64,000 nt of DNA. It comes from Oscillatoria princeps RMCB-10. Lineage in GTDB: Bacteria > Cyanobacteriota > Cyanobacteriia > Cyanobacteriales > Oscillatoriaceae. Numbering within the stretch: position 1 is the first letter of the stretch; the number at the start of each line of letters is the position of its first letter. The stretch is from positions 131,648 through 195,647 of the forward strand of contig JAHHHT010000012.1 of assembly GCA_019359235.1 (NCBI GenBank), read 5' to 3'. The notes below the pieces were generated by a model, which ran no database searches, was not told where the DNA came from, and saw only the letters and a list, made by a program, of their open reading frames with translations. Shown one piece after another: positions 1 through 9,662 of this stretch. The translations under genes were made by a program, and so were the position numbers.

Positions 1-2932
1 TATGCCCTCTGAGAGTTTGGAGTTCTGTCCCATCCAAACTCCAGAGTTTGACGGTTTTGTCCTCACTGACAGTGGCAATCATTTTACCGTCAGGGCTGAA
101 ACCCACTCCGCAGACCGCAGCTCCATGTCTTTCCAATCGATTGCGCTCTCTAATTTTATAGACAGTTTCCTGTATTAAACTATCAACTTTATTCTGGAGA
201 GCGGCTGTTTTCTCAAAGTTGTGAAACCCAGGCCGATCTATTATATTCAGTTGGGTCGAGGCTCTTAAACTTGGTATCAGCGCATCAAACTCTCGATTCG
301 ATGTCAAGAGCGCTTCTGAGGATGCACGGAGAGCTTCGATTTCCCTGATGGCGGAATTTTGCGACTGCCACCAAGCGACCCCAGCCAGAATGGAGGTGAG
401 CAGCAAACCGCCGACAAGCCCTGAGATAATAAGTTGCCACCGGCGCTTCTGTTTGTTTATCTCGCGGGAGCGAAGTTCCAAACTCAGCCCAATGAAACCT
501 CTCTCGCCATCGCTCAGTTCATCAAGGCGTTGCTTCTGCCAATATTCCGCATCTGCTAGGGGCTTTCTTCGCAACAGATCCCCTTCATCGCAGCCGCTAT
601 TCTCCCACTGGCGCACTGCGGCTCTCAGCTGCTCTTGCCACCGGCGAAAGTCACCGTCAGCTTCCATCCACTTGTGCAAACGCCCCCAACTTCTAATCAG
701 CGCCTCATGGACGATTTCCACTGTTTCAAAGCCGGCAGACTCGGTGCGGTCAGTCACCACTAAACGGGCGTCAGCCAAGCGCGTCACCAGATCCCAATTT
801 TCACTGCGCACCTCATCGCGAGTCGCCAACCGGCGAGTGGCTTCTGTCTCTTCTCCCAAACGCACCAGCTGCAGGAACACCCGCTGCGCCCGCTGTCTGT
901 CGGCTTCAGAAAGCTGGGCGTAAACCGCTTCGGCGTGGTTAGCGAGAGCTTCTTCTACGCCGCCAATTTCCTCGTAAGCTTCAAGAGTCAGCCACCCATC
1001 TTTTTGTTTTGACCACAGCTGAGTCAGGGCAAACTCCAGCAAGGGTAAATGTCCTGGATGCCCCCAGGTTGCTTCAGTGAGTTTATTGGTCAGCCCATCT
1101 TCCAGATTCACCTGCATTTGCGCCGCCGGCTTTTCTATTGCTGACTGCAATTCCTCGCGGTTCATTGGCCCGAGGTTGTGGACTGCCCCCTGCAAGGCAT
1201 CGCTAAAGGGGCGGTAAGAAAGGGCGTAGCCGTAAAAATCAGCCCGCAGAGTGAGGGCGAGAGTAAATGCCGGTGCTAATCTGACTGCAGTTAGCAATGC
1301 ATCCAAGAAAGGCTGGCGTTCTGACTCTGGATTTTGGGTGTAGAGTTCCTCAAACTGGTCGGCGATTAAGATTAGGCGAGTGCCCGGGTTTTGCCGCACG
1401 AGGCTTTCGATGATTTTGTATAAGGCTCGGGGATCTTGCTTCAGTGAGATGGCCAATTCCAGTTCAATTAACCGGCGGGCATTTTCACCGTCACCGCTTT
1501 CCCCCTGCTGCTGCAGGTGCTCCCAGCTAGGGGCGAGCGCCACCGCCAAGGCATCAAAAGGATTTTTCCCCGGACGAAAAGAGACAATCTGCCAGCGAAC
1601 AAGAGTGTCTTTTCGCAATTTGGGAACGGTGCCGGCAAACAGCACGCTAGACTTGCCACTCCCACTGGCACCGATGGCAGCCACCAGCGGCTTTGTTTTT
1701 ACCGCCGCCACCAAATCCTCGGCGAACTGCTCCCGCCCAAAGAAGAGGTGGGCGTCTTCTTCTCGGAAAGCAAATAAACCCCGATAGGGACAGGGGGGAA
1801 TCCCGCCCAACTGCAGCCAAGTTGCCGGTTCTACTGCTGGATTTTGGCAAATGACAGGCAGCCAAGAAGCGCCAGGGAAGTCATCTTCTAAACCTTGTAA
1901 CTTTCTTCGCGCTTGCTGCGCAGCGAGATATAAAGGAAGTCGCTTTTGTGCGAAGGCTTGCAGAAAATGCTTGAAAAATTCCTGCGCCACGCGATTCGGC
2001 ACCGGCTCCCGCATGACAATCACTGCGGGAAGGTTCAATTTCTCCAGAGCGAGAGCCAGTCCCAGCCCGTCGCAGGAGTTGAAAATCGCCAGCTTTAAAC
2101 CGTTTTCAATGGCTTGTGTGAGAGCTTCTTCTAACTGTCCGACGGTCAGGCTGTTGTTGGTTTTGTTTTCATTGATATAAAGTCTGCCGGTTTCGCCCTC
2201 GGTTTGGCTGTGACCGGCAAAAAAGAGGATGTCCCACCCCCGGTCGTTCCAAAGCTGGGTGTTGAGTTGCTGGCGCGAGGGCTTGACAAGAAATTCGACT
2301 TCTGCATCTGGCAAGTTTTTCAGAAACCGGCTCTCTGCCTCCAGATTGATGCCAGAGCTATTGCCGAGAACGGCCAAGATCCTGACTTTTTCGCGGGTGG
2401 CTTTTGGCTGTGAGGGTTGGGTGCGTTTGTACTCGGATCTGCTCAGAGCCATTTCTGCTTTGGGATAATCGCTAAAGAAATCCCAGCAATGCCAGGGGAA
2501 TCGCCGCAGCAATTCATCGCCGGTTTCGACAATGACCCGAATTTCTTCTGCTGTGTTGAGTTGCGCTCTCAGTTGCTGTTCAATATTGATAAAGCCTTTA
2601 GACTTGAGCCAAGCATTGAGGCTCTCTTCTAACTGTTGGCAGACCTCCTCGAAACCGAGCTGAGAGACGTTGGTTATTCCCCCTTCGTCGATTTCCAGGT
2701 CATCGTCATCTTCCTCGCGAGCCGGTGGGGAAAGCAGCTCTTTGCGAGCGCTGAGACTCATATAAACTAACTGCCAGTTCCTGTACAGTTCAGCCAGAAC
2801 CGGCGCTGGGGGCAAACTGCCGGTGAATTGCTGCGGCAGGGGGTGGCCCGCTTCTCGCAGCTGAGCGGTAACTCTGGGAAATCCGCTGTTTAAATCGCCG
2901 GCTCCCAGATTAATGACAACTGACTTGCTCAT
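1..2932 (-). CDS. CHAT-domain (caspase-like) peptidase fused to P-loop STAND-type NTPase, one predicted TM helix and WD40 repeats; C-terminal part runs off the window
   Basis: Minus-strand ATG is the complement of 2930-2932. Hand translation of the reverse complement is open to position 1. CHAT-like His at FFAGHSQTEGETG (complement of about 2190-2230) and Cys at LAIFNSCDGLG (about 2060-2090). Walker A GASGSGKSS is the complement of 1645-1680. Hydrophobic segment LIISGLVGGLLLTSILAGVAWW. WD40 unit VCGVGFSPDGKMIATVSEDKTVKLW is the complement of 1-110. Not in the ORF track because it is truncated by the window edge. Confidence 0.8.
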   Translation of the reverse strand, partial: MSKSVVINLGAGDLNSGFPRVTAQLREAGHPLPQQFTGSLPPAPVLAELYRNWQLVYMSLSARKELLSPPAREEDDDDLEIDEGGITNVSQLGFEEVCQQLEESLNAWLKSKGFINIEQQLRAQLNTAEEIRVIVETGDELLRRFPWHCWDFFSDYPKAEMALSRSEYKRTQPSQPKATREKVRILAVLGNSSGINLEAESRFLKNLPDAEVEFLVKPSRQQLNTQLWNDRGWDILFFAGHSQTEGETGRLYINENKTNNSLTVGQLEEALTQAIENGLKLAIFNSCDGLGLALALEKLNLPAVIVMREPVPNRVAQEFFKHFLQAFAQKRLPLYLAAQQARRKLQGLEDDFPGASWLPVICQNPAVEPATWLQLGGIPPCPYRGLFAFREEDAHLFFGREQFAEDLVAAVKTKPLVAAIGASGSGKSSVLFAGTVPKLRKDTLVRWQIVSFRPGKNPFDALAVALAPSWEHLQQQGESGDGENARRLIELELAISLKQDPRALYKIIESLVRQNPGTRLILIADQFEELYTQNPESERQPFLDALLTAVRLAPAFTLALTLRADFYGYALSYRPFSDALQGAVHNLGPMNREELQSAIEKPAAQMQVNLEDGLTNKLTEATWGHPGHLPLLEFALTQLWSKQKDGWLTLEAYEEIGGVEEALANHAEAVYAQLSEADRQRAQRVFLQLVRLGEETEATRRLATRDEVRSENWDLVTRLADARLVVTDRTESAGFETVEIVHEALIRSWGRLHKWMEADGDFRRWQEQLRAAVRQWENSGCDEGDLLRRKPLADAEYWQKQRLDELSDGERGFIGLSLELRSREINKQKRRWQLIISGLVGGLLLTSILAGVAWWQSQNSAIREIEALRASSEALLTSNREFDALIPSLRASTQLNIIDRPGFHNFEKTAALQNKVDSLIQETVYKIRERNRLERHGAAVCGVGFSPDGKMIATVSEDKTVKLWSLDGTELQTLRGH

Positions 2933-2933
2933 T

Positions 2934-4019
2934 TCAGAGTTCAAAATCTTCCTTAACGCTGACATCACTTAGACTGACTTCAAGACTGAAGCGGGTTACC
3001 GGTTTAGCTTTAAAGGATTTCAGCTGAATGTAGTTATCTTGACTTCGGGAAGTGACTTCCTGGAGAGTTTTCCCCCCTTTCGACAGCAAGGTCAATTTGA
3101 GATTGGCCGGCAAATACTTTTTCCCGCCCGCCGGATGCAACTGTGCCAAGACACCCAATTTATCCTCAGCCTCTTCTGTGACAGTCACCAGCAGCGCCAC
3201 GGTTTGACTGCCCAGTTGCATTCCCAGGTTAATGAGTTTACCTCGCTTCGCACCCGACTCAGCATTGCTGGATCTCAGAGCTAAATTGGCTTCTGGGCTT
3301 ATCAGTGCGTCAATCGCCTGCCAGCTTTGCTCAAAAACGCCCTGCAACCACTGGCTCAACTTGGTTCTGGTTTCTTCCAGGTATTCCTGTAAGTTTTCTG
3401 CAGCCTCTGTCACGGATGTCATGGCTTGACCCTCGGCTGCCGGGCAGAGAGGGATAGCAGCCGGTTCCAAGAAGCGACAGTAGAACAGCAGGTGATTTGG
3501 CTCCGCATCAAATTCTGATAGCGGCAGCCGGTAACAGCCATCCCGTGAGGGCTTTAAATTAGCTCTACTTAGATAATTAAGCAGCTGGTCGCAACGCTGA
3601 AAGCCTCTCACAAGAACTTGTTCCTGCTCGTCCAATACCTCAAGCAACACATAAAAATGAGCTGCCAAGTCCGGTCTGTCGATGGCATCTGCCGGCAGGC
3701 TCACCACTTCATCAAGCAGGTGTTCTGTCGCAAGCAGATAGAACTTAAATTTGCCAACCATGAGATGGCAAACAGCCTCACTGACCTCAGGATCTCGATT
3801 TAATATTTTATCCGGCATGCGGTCACTTAGCCATTCTTCAAAGCCAAGAATCGCCAGTGCGTTCAGATAGGTTTGCCACTGCTCGGCTTCTCCTGTCACC
3901 CGCTCGCTAATCTCTCTCGCCCGCTCGAAATGTTCTGGTTCAAGGTCTACGGTTTCAGGCAGCCACACCCTCAAATCCGTTGAATCTACCGGGAAACTCG
4001 CCATAACTTTACTCCTCAT
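2934..4019 (-). CDS. DUF1822-like protein (cyanobacterial unknown-function family), middle gene of the three-gene locus
   Basis: 361-aa ORF. Its stop (2934-2936) lies 1 nt from the CHAT gene start, and its start overlaps the upstream gene stop (ATGA at 4016-4019). The DUF1822 call is from memory of this gene neighbourhood and is not verified. Confidence 0.55.
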   Translation of the reverse strand: MRSKVMASFPVDSTDLRVWLPETVDLEPEHFERAREISERVTGEAEQWQTYLNALAILGFEEWLSDRMPDKILNRDPEVSEAVCHLMVGKFKFYLLATEHLLDEVVSLPADAIDRPDLAAHFYVLLEVLDEQEQVLVRGFQRCDQLLNYLSRANLKPSRDGCYRLPLSEFDAEPNHLLFYCRFLEPAAIPLCPAAEGQAMTSVTEAAENLQEYLEETRTKLSQWLQGVFEQSWQAIDALISPEANLALRSSNAESGAKRGKLINLGMQLGSQTVALLVTVTEEAEDKLGVLAQLHPAGGKKYLPANLKLTLLSKGGKTLQEVTSRSQDNYIQLKSFKAKPVTRFSLEVSLSDVSVKEDFEL

Positions 4020-5587
4020 GTTCTTTTTTCAAAATAAAGCCGAAGTTGCTGGGCGTAAAAGCTGTTGATCGACCGGCTCTTCACCGCCCGGATTTCTTCT
4101 GCAGCTTCTTGGAAGATTTCTCGATCCGCAAAAGCTTCGATTTGCTCCGCCAGGGTTTTCAGATAGTCCGGTTCAGGGGGAATCTTGGTCAGACCCATAC
4201 CTTGAGCCTTTTCTAACGTCCTGTCGAGAAATTGCTGCACAGTTCGCTCCCGCACCTTGTTGAGAAGGTCCCCCGGATTTAACACCCGCCTGGCTTGATC
4301 CCAACTTGTCATTCCCAACAGGGTAGCAATCTCCCTAAGAGACATGCCCTGACCGTAATAGAGTTGCAAACCAGGAAGGAAGTTTGCTGCTATAGTAGCA
4401 TACCTTTTGCTTTTTTGCAAGTGGGTGAGGCGAGAGACAATCTCTCGTTCTATTGCTTGGGCCAAAGCTAAATTGAGTTGTTCGTGCAAGAACTCCTGAA
4501 GTTCCCGCTGTTCGACATGTTCGACATCGAGTTTACTAAGGGAATCGTGAGGTAAATCCGGTCTGGGTGCGGAATCTCCCGTCTCTGGGTCGTATATTTC
4601 CAGAGGTTCCCTGTAGCTCCAGATGTCATACTGTCGCAGCTGGGTTGCTACCTGTTTTAGTTCTTTTAGCAACTCCACCGGCGTGCTGGTGGCGACGCCT
4701 CGTTCCTGCAATCCGGCTAGCATTTCTTTAAGCTGAGCGGCTGAAGGATCGGGACATCTCCTCGCTCCCTTTTTCTGCTGGCGTCTGTCCCTACGGTAGA
4801 CGGCGTGAAAGATTTCGGCGAGGTGGCGCTGGCGCACAGAGAGAAGTTCCAGCTGTTTGGGTCTGGCTCTATTCAGGAGCGCCCAGTCGCTCAAATGTTT
4901 AAAGCCAAAGTTCGATAAAAAATCTTTGATCTCTTGATTTTGTTTGGTTAGCAAGTAGGCCCAGTTGGCCAAGCTCATGCTGGATTTGGAGTCCTGCTTA
5001 AAGGTTCGCAAAATCTCAACGGTAAAGAATTTATAAGCCGCTGGCTTCGCTTCACCACTGTCATCCAGAATGAGTTGAGTTTTCCCCTCCCTGTCCAGGA
5101 GGATGAGACTTTGACCGTCGTCATTGAGGACAAAGGGCAGCAAATCCCGGTAGCTGAAGGATTTTCCCCCATTGAAGAAACGGGCGATGTTTTTGCAGGC
5201 TATGAGGATGGGGTAAGACACTCTGCACCGCAGGCTAAGTCCAGCTAGAGCGCGAGTTGTGGCGTCAGCAGAAGACTTCTTGGCGTGAAAATAGGAGAGC
5301 AGGGCGGCTTGAATCTCCTTATCCCGATGATGAGTGTGCTGGTTCGAGAGCGCCTGTTTTGCCTCTCTTTGCAGAAATTGTTTCTGATAGAACTCCTGTG
5401 CCGGTGGGACTGCACAGTATTCGTATCCATCCCTTTCACTGGCCAGACTGATTCGGCAGATGTTCCCGTACCTGGATGGCGCTTCCATAACCACTGCGAT
5501 GACCTCACGTTGGCTGAGCTGCTCGTCTACTTGTATCAAAGAAATAGGTGCGCGTGTTTTGAGCTTATGCAGTTCCGGAGCCGCCAC
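4016..5587 (-). CDS. sigma-70 region-4-like HTH protein (sigma-factor-like regulator), first gene of the sigma-like/DUF1822/CHAT locus
   Basis: 523-aa ORF. The C-terminal segment LYYGQGMSLREIATLLGMTSWDQARRV resembles the sigma-70 region 4 / ECF HTH. The N-terminal 400 aa are unlike canonical sigma regions 2-3. Confidence 0.6.
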   Translation of the reverse strand: MAAPELHKLKTRAPISLIQVDEQLSQREVIAVVMEAPSRYGNICRISLASERDGYEYCAVPPAQEFYQKQFLQREAKQALSNQHTHHRDKEIQAALLSYFHAKKSSADATTRALAGLSLRCRVSYPILIACKNIARFFNGGKSFSYRDLLPFVLNDDGQSLILLDREGKTQLILDDSGEAKPAAYKFFTVEILRTFKQDSKSSMSLANWAYLLTKQNQEIKDFLSNFGFKHLSDWALLNRARPKQLELLSVRQRHLAEIFHAVYRRDRRQQKKGARRCPDPSAAQLKEMLAGLQERGVATSTPVELLKELKQVATQLRQYDIWSYREPLEIYDPETGDSAPRPDLPHDSLSKLDVEHVEQRELQEFLHEQLNLALAQAIEREIVSRLTHLQKSKRYATIAANFLPGLQLYYGQGMSLREIATLLGMTSWDQARRVLNPGDLLNKVRERTVQQFLDRTLEKAQGMGLTKIPPEPDYLKTLAEQIEAFADREIFQEAAEEIRAVKSRSINSFYAQQLRLYFEKRT

Positions 5588-6164
5588 CCCAGTGCAGCGG
5601 GCAGAAATCCAAGACCGGCCTGCCAGTGTGGCCCGCCGAAGCGAAACGAATCAGCGACAAACAGCTGTGCAAATTAGGTTTAACGGTAATTGCTAGCTGG
5701 GAAATTGTCAAGGGGGGTTGGTTCAGTATCCTGGTGAGTTGCTCAAACGCGCCGGTTTTAGCTCTGTTGCCCAGATAGGTCGTGGTTCAGGGAAGTGCTG
5801 GCCCCTTTATGGCGTCAGACCAAGTTCCCCAGAGATGACAGCCCGAATAGTAGTGGAGCCGTTCAAGGATGTGGCCGCCCCACCAGCGAGGAAGCCCTGT
5901 GGTCTAGCGCGCCGGGACATCTTGGACATGGGACGGCGCAAGTTCTGCCCCCCACACTTTGCCGGCGGGCACTGGGGCCAGCCGGCGAAAATCCTTGCGG
6001 TGTAAAGCTTTTGGGCTGCTTGTCACCCCAAAAGCCGGCGATAGTTCTCCCATTTGCATCTCCAAACTGCATAAGTTGATTTCAGTTCCCCCTATTAGGA
6101 CGCAGGAGGAGGACAAACAAGCTTAACCTCCTGTTCAACAAAACCTCGCCATGCCGGAGACTGT

Positions 6165-6902
6165 ATGAAAAAACTGCTTTCTTCAATCCTGATTGTAGGC
6201 AGCCTGACCGCTAGCAGCCAGCTCTTGGCCTACCAACCAGCCTCAGCCCGCGCTGGCAACGAATTAGACAGCACTATTACGGCACTCCAATTGCTAGTTG
6301 ATGCTCCATGTTTGAAGTTCAATAAGCTGCCTATTAGCCAGGGAGGTTTCCGAGATATGCTGGAAGCCCTTGGAAAGCGTGAAACAGGACTTCCACCAGG
6401 AGATCCCAATCAGTACAAAGTAGAAAACTCGCTGGGTTTCATCGGAAAATACCAATTTGGAGAAGCTCTGCTGATTGACCTGGGCTACTACAAAGCCGAT
6501 GTTTACTATAATGGAGGCCAAAATGGCGTCGATAAGAATTACTGGCGGGGTGCGTGGACAGGAAAAAATGGGGCCTATAGCAAACAAGATTTTCTGAATA
6601 ACCCTCAAATTCAAGAAACAGCGATCCGTGAGGCTTTCCGCCTGAATGTTGAGATTATAAAACGGTCTCTTAGCCAGCAAGGAAAGTCCCTAAATAATTA
6701 TTTGGGCAGCACCAAGACATTGCAGGGCCAACAAATCCAAATTACTCTGTCAGGTATTTTAGCCGGCGCACACCTGCGCGGCCCTGATGGGGTGGCCAAT
6801 TTTCTGCTCAAAGACGAAGTATCTTCCGATGAGTTTGGCACTTCTATTCTCCAGTATATGTCTGAATTTAGCGGCTTCAATGTGACTGAAGCCGATTTTT
6901 AA
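6165..6902 (+). CDS. secreted hypothetical protein (N-terminal signal peptide)
   Basis: 245-aa ORF. MKKLLSSILIVGSLTASSQLLA is a signal-like N-terminus. No family recognised. Confidence 0.6.
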   Translation: MKKLLSSILIVGSLTASSQLLAYQPASARAGNELDSTITALQLLVDAPCLKFNKLPISQGGFRDMLEALGKRETGLPPGDPNQYKVENSLGFIGKYQFGEALLIDLGYYKADVYYNGGQNGVDKNYWRGAWTGKNGAYSKQDFLNNPQIQETAIREAFRLNVEIIKRSLSQQGKSLNNYLGSTKTLQGQQIQITLSGILAGAHLRGPDGVANFLLKDEVSSDEFGTSILQYMSEFSGFNVTEADF

Positions 6903-6949
6903 AAGTCCCGATTATAATCGATGGCCTGTACCGATTCAGCCTGGTATAG

Positions 6950-6980
6950 AAGGGGCAGTAATGCCCCTTTTCCCTTTTCC
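6950..6980 (+). terminator. rho-independent terminator-like hairpin downstream of 6165..6902
   Basis: GGGGCAGTAATGCCCC stem-loop followed by a TTTTCCCTTTTCC run. Confidence 0.5.
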
Positions 6981-7480
6981 GTTAAGGTTAAAGTAACAGG
7001 ATTTACGCAAGTCTCAATAGCGACCGCTGACAGTGTGACACTTAGAGCAGGAGGCAGTCCTTAATACGCCCGGTCAAAAAAATGGCCGCATTCGGTTTTT
7101 GCTGGATGGCACGCCAGTTCTGGATGAAGGTAAATTGACTTTCCGAACCGCTGACACCCTGAAAATCGACGGGATATTCTTCTCAACTTTTTTTGGGGGG
7201 GACGATCCCTCTTGGGCTACACCGGCACATGGTGGACTTCGCCCAGTTCTCCGTCCTAGAGGTGAGCTGAAGGCAAGTCGCTGCACTCGGTTTTTCACGC
7301 TCCGCACCAGAAGTGTTCTAAAATTAGAAGAGCCATGTTTTTAACTGCCTGACCTAGCTGAGGCGTACCGGGCAAAGCTGCCGGCTTTTTCCCCTCCCCC
7401 AGCGATGCGAAGCTGGGTGGCGTGCCGGCTGCCGGCAAAACTGATAAACTCAAAACACAGAGTTTAGGGGAATAGTTGCC

Positions 7481-8044
7481 ATGCTACCTCAGGGAATCTT
7501 TGGCGAATTGCCGGCGCTCGAAACTGACCGGCTGCTGCTGCGAAAAATGACGATGGAGGATGCGGCAGACATGTTTGAATATGCCAGCAATCCAGATGTC
7601 GCAAAATTCACCACTTGGAGGGCGCACAAGTCTGTAGAAGATAGCGAACTATTCCTGAGGGCGGTGATGGATGAGTACAGGAAACATGAGCCGTCTTCTT
7701 GGGGGATAGAGGAAAAATTTGAGCGCAAGCTGATCGGCACCTGTGGGTTTGCCAATTGGAGTCCTTCTGACTTTCGTGGGGAAATTGGCTACGCCCTCTC
7801 CAGAAAATACTGGGGGAAAGGATATATGACTGAGGCAGTCCGGGCGGCGATTGACTTTGGCTTTCGCACTTTGCAGCTGAATCGCATTGAAGCCAGATGC
7901 GAGATTAAAAATATTGCTTCCGCCCGCGTCATGGAAAAAGCCGGCATGAGATTTGAAGGCATCTTGCGACAGCACGCCTTTTACAAGGGTGCCTTTCGCG
8001 ATTTGAAAATGTACTCCATTCTCCGAAAGGAATGGGTGGAGTAA
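7481..8044 (+). CDS. GNAT family N-acetyltransferase (RimJ/RimL-like)
   Basis: 187 aa. Motifs IGTCGF...GEIGYAL...WGKGYMTEA and RIEARCEIKNIASARVMEKAGM are typical GNAT/RimL. Confidence 0.85.
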   Translation: MLPQGIFGELPALETDRLLLRKMTMEDAADMFEYASNPDVAKFTTWRAHKSVEDSELFLRAVMDEYRKHEPSSWGIEEKFERKLIGTCGFANWSPSDFRGEIGYALSRKYWGKGYMTEAVRAAIDFGFRTLQLNRIEARCEIKNIASARVMEKAGMRFEGILRQHAFYKGAFRDLKMYSILRKEWVE

Positions 8045-8056
8045 AGAAAAAGTAGA

Positions 8057-8090
8057 AACCGGGTAACTTCTGCGAAACCCGGTTTCTGGC
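8057..8090. repeat. GAAACCGGGT...ACCCGGTTTC inverted-repeat element between convergent genes (likely bidirectional terminator)
   Basis: agaaaccgggt-aacttctgcga-aacccggtttct. Sits between the GNAT stop (8044) and the fasciclin stop (8112). Member of a dispersed palindromic family seen at six or more loci. Confidence 0.55.
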
Positions 8091-8111
8091 ACCCATTCAG
8101 TATCGATTGCC

Positions 8112-8705
8112 CTACATATTGGGCGGCAGAATCACCTTATCGATGACGTGGATGACGCCGTTGCTGGCTTCGATGTCCGCCGAAGTCACATTTGCCTGAT
8201 TCACCATCACCTTGCCGGCATCAACTTTAACCATGACGGAGCTGCCCTCAACCGTCGCCACGTCTCCCGACTGCAAGCTGCCAGACTTGACCGCACCGGG
8301 AACCACATGGTAGGTCAAAATCTTGACCAGTTTGTCTTTGTTCTCCGGCTTTAACAGCTCTTCCACAGTGCCCTTTGGCAAAGCGGCAAACGCTTCATCC
8401 GTGGGCGCAAAAACAGTGAACGGGCCTTTTCCTGCCAGGGTGTCCACCAAACCGGCAGCTTGCAAAGCCGCTGTCAGGGTCTTGAACGAGTCATTCTTGC
8501 TCGCGATATCCACAATGCTGGGGCTGGTCGCGGCTGCTGCAGGACCGGCGACCTCAACCTCGACGGCGGAGGTGGGGGACGCCGGCTTGCTGGCGCTGTT
8601 ACAGGACTTCGCCGAAACTGGCATGCTGAGCAAGAAACTGGCACCGGCAACTGCCACAAGGCCAGCTAGCTTTCCGCCCCAGGTTTTAACGTTCTTTACC
8701 TTCAT
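8112..8705 (-). CDS. fasciclin (FAS1) domain secreted protein
   Basis: Signal peptide. [17 protein letters not shown]...[11 protein letters not shown]...[13 protein letters not shown] are hallmark FAS1 motifs. Confidence 0.85.
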   Translation of the reverse strand: MKVKNVKTWGGKLAGLVAVAGASFLLSMPVSAKSCNSASKPASPTSAVEVEVAGPAAAATSPSIVDIASKNDSFKTLTAALQAAGLVDTLAGKGPFTVFAPTDEAFAALPKGTVEELLKPENKDKLVKILTYHVVPGAVKSGSLQSGDVATVEGSSVMVKVDAGKVMVNQANVTSADIEASNGVIHVIDKVILPPNM

Positions 8706-9055
8706 AGCTTCTGGTCTTCCTTGGCCCGAATTTTACAAATTGTAAACTTATGTTTCATTGTATATCATTTCCTGCCGTTCCGCACTGCCAACCGTGCCGG
8801 GAAAATTTTTCGCTTGCCTGAGTAGGAATACTTAGGCTGCCGGAGGGAACCCTTGTGCGGTTCGGATTCGGAGGAAGTGGGGGCTGGCGCATGCGGCGGC
8901 GGCGTGCGACCGCCGGCTGCCCCCTGAGGTGTTAAGCATTTAATTGTGCAGTTTCGACTGCTGTGGGGATGGGTTTAAGGTCAGAATGTTATAAAATTGA
9001 CTGTTTTTACTAAATAGGTTAAAGAGCAAGTTAAATGTGCATATCTCACCCCTGT

Positions 9056-9141
9056 CCCCTATACCCTAACCCCTAACCCCTAACCCCCAATCCCCAATCC
9101 CCAATCCCCAATCCCCAATCCCCAATCCCCAATCCCCAAAC
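9056..9141. repeat. STRR-like tandem heptamer array (CCCTAAC x3 then CCCCAAT x8)
   Basis: Direct tandem heptamers read in sequence. CCCCAAT matches the cyanobacterial STRR1 consensus CCCCA(A/G)T. Confidence 0.8.
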
Positions 9142-9294
9142 GCTGCTACAGCGTCAGGTTCTTCCTTATGGCAGATGGAACCCTAGAGGCAAATTGATAG
9201 GGTAGCAATGGGAACCAATACACTTCACATTGAAAGTGCGAGCGCCCCATTTATGTTTTAAGGGCAAAGTTATCAAAAGCAAGGAGAGAAAGTC

Positions 9295-9567
9295 ATGTGG
9301 GACATTATTGCTTGGATTGTCTTAGGTCTGATTGCTGGCGCAATTGCTAAAGCCATCTATCCCGGGAGCCAAGGTGGCGGTATGGTTGCCACCATCATTC
9401 TGGGTATTTTGGGCGCTGTGGTTGGGGGCTGGGTGGGCAGAATGCTGATAGGGACAAGCGCCGGCGCTTCCTACGGGGCGCTGACGCTGCCCAGCATTGC
9501 TTTGGCGGTGCTGGGTGCGATGATTGTCCTTTTCTTGTGGGGTTTGTTTACTCGCCGCGCCGCCTGA
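9295..9567 (+). CDS. GlsB/YeaQ/YmgE family (transglycosylase-associated) small membrane protein
   Basis: 90 aa, Gly-rich, two to three TM segments, motif GxxGAxxG. Good SD AAGGAGAG upstream. Confidence 0.8.
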   Translation: MWDIIAWIVLGLIAGAIAKAIYPGSQGGGMVATIILGILGAVVGGWVGRMLIGTSAGASYGALTLPSIALAVLGAMIVLFLWGLFTRRAA

Positions 9568-9662
9568 TAGCGACACTGTCCGTTCTGCGGGTTCGGATTT
9601 TTCACTCTCCCCCAGGCAGAGCGCTGGGGGAGCTTTCCGCTTGAGAATATGGAGGTAGTGCA

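Noticed and set aside
348-2632. Plus-strand ORFs (348..923, 1380..1787, 1851..2180, 2204..2632 and others) in the first 2.9 kb
   Set aside because: All are antisense to, or out of frame with, the long minus-strand CHAT-NTPase-WD40 ORF. They are low-complexity, Arg/Ser/Pro-rich GC-frame artefacts.
6903-7480. Possible ncRNA (tmRNA, RNase P, 6S or SRP) in a 580-bp ORF-poor gap
   Set aside because: No match to the conserved cores I checked by eye: the GGAAAGTCCGGGCTCC P4 of RNase P RNA, a tmRNA tag reading frame, or the SRP domain IV motif. Only small questionable ORFs (7074..7307 minus, 7099..7344 plus) are present.
8851-8880. Motif ccttgtgcggttcgg shared with 40395-40412
   Set aside because: Only two copies of a 15-mer, which is insufficient to call a repeat family.
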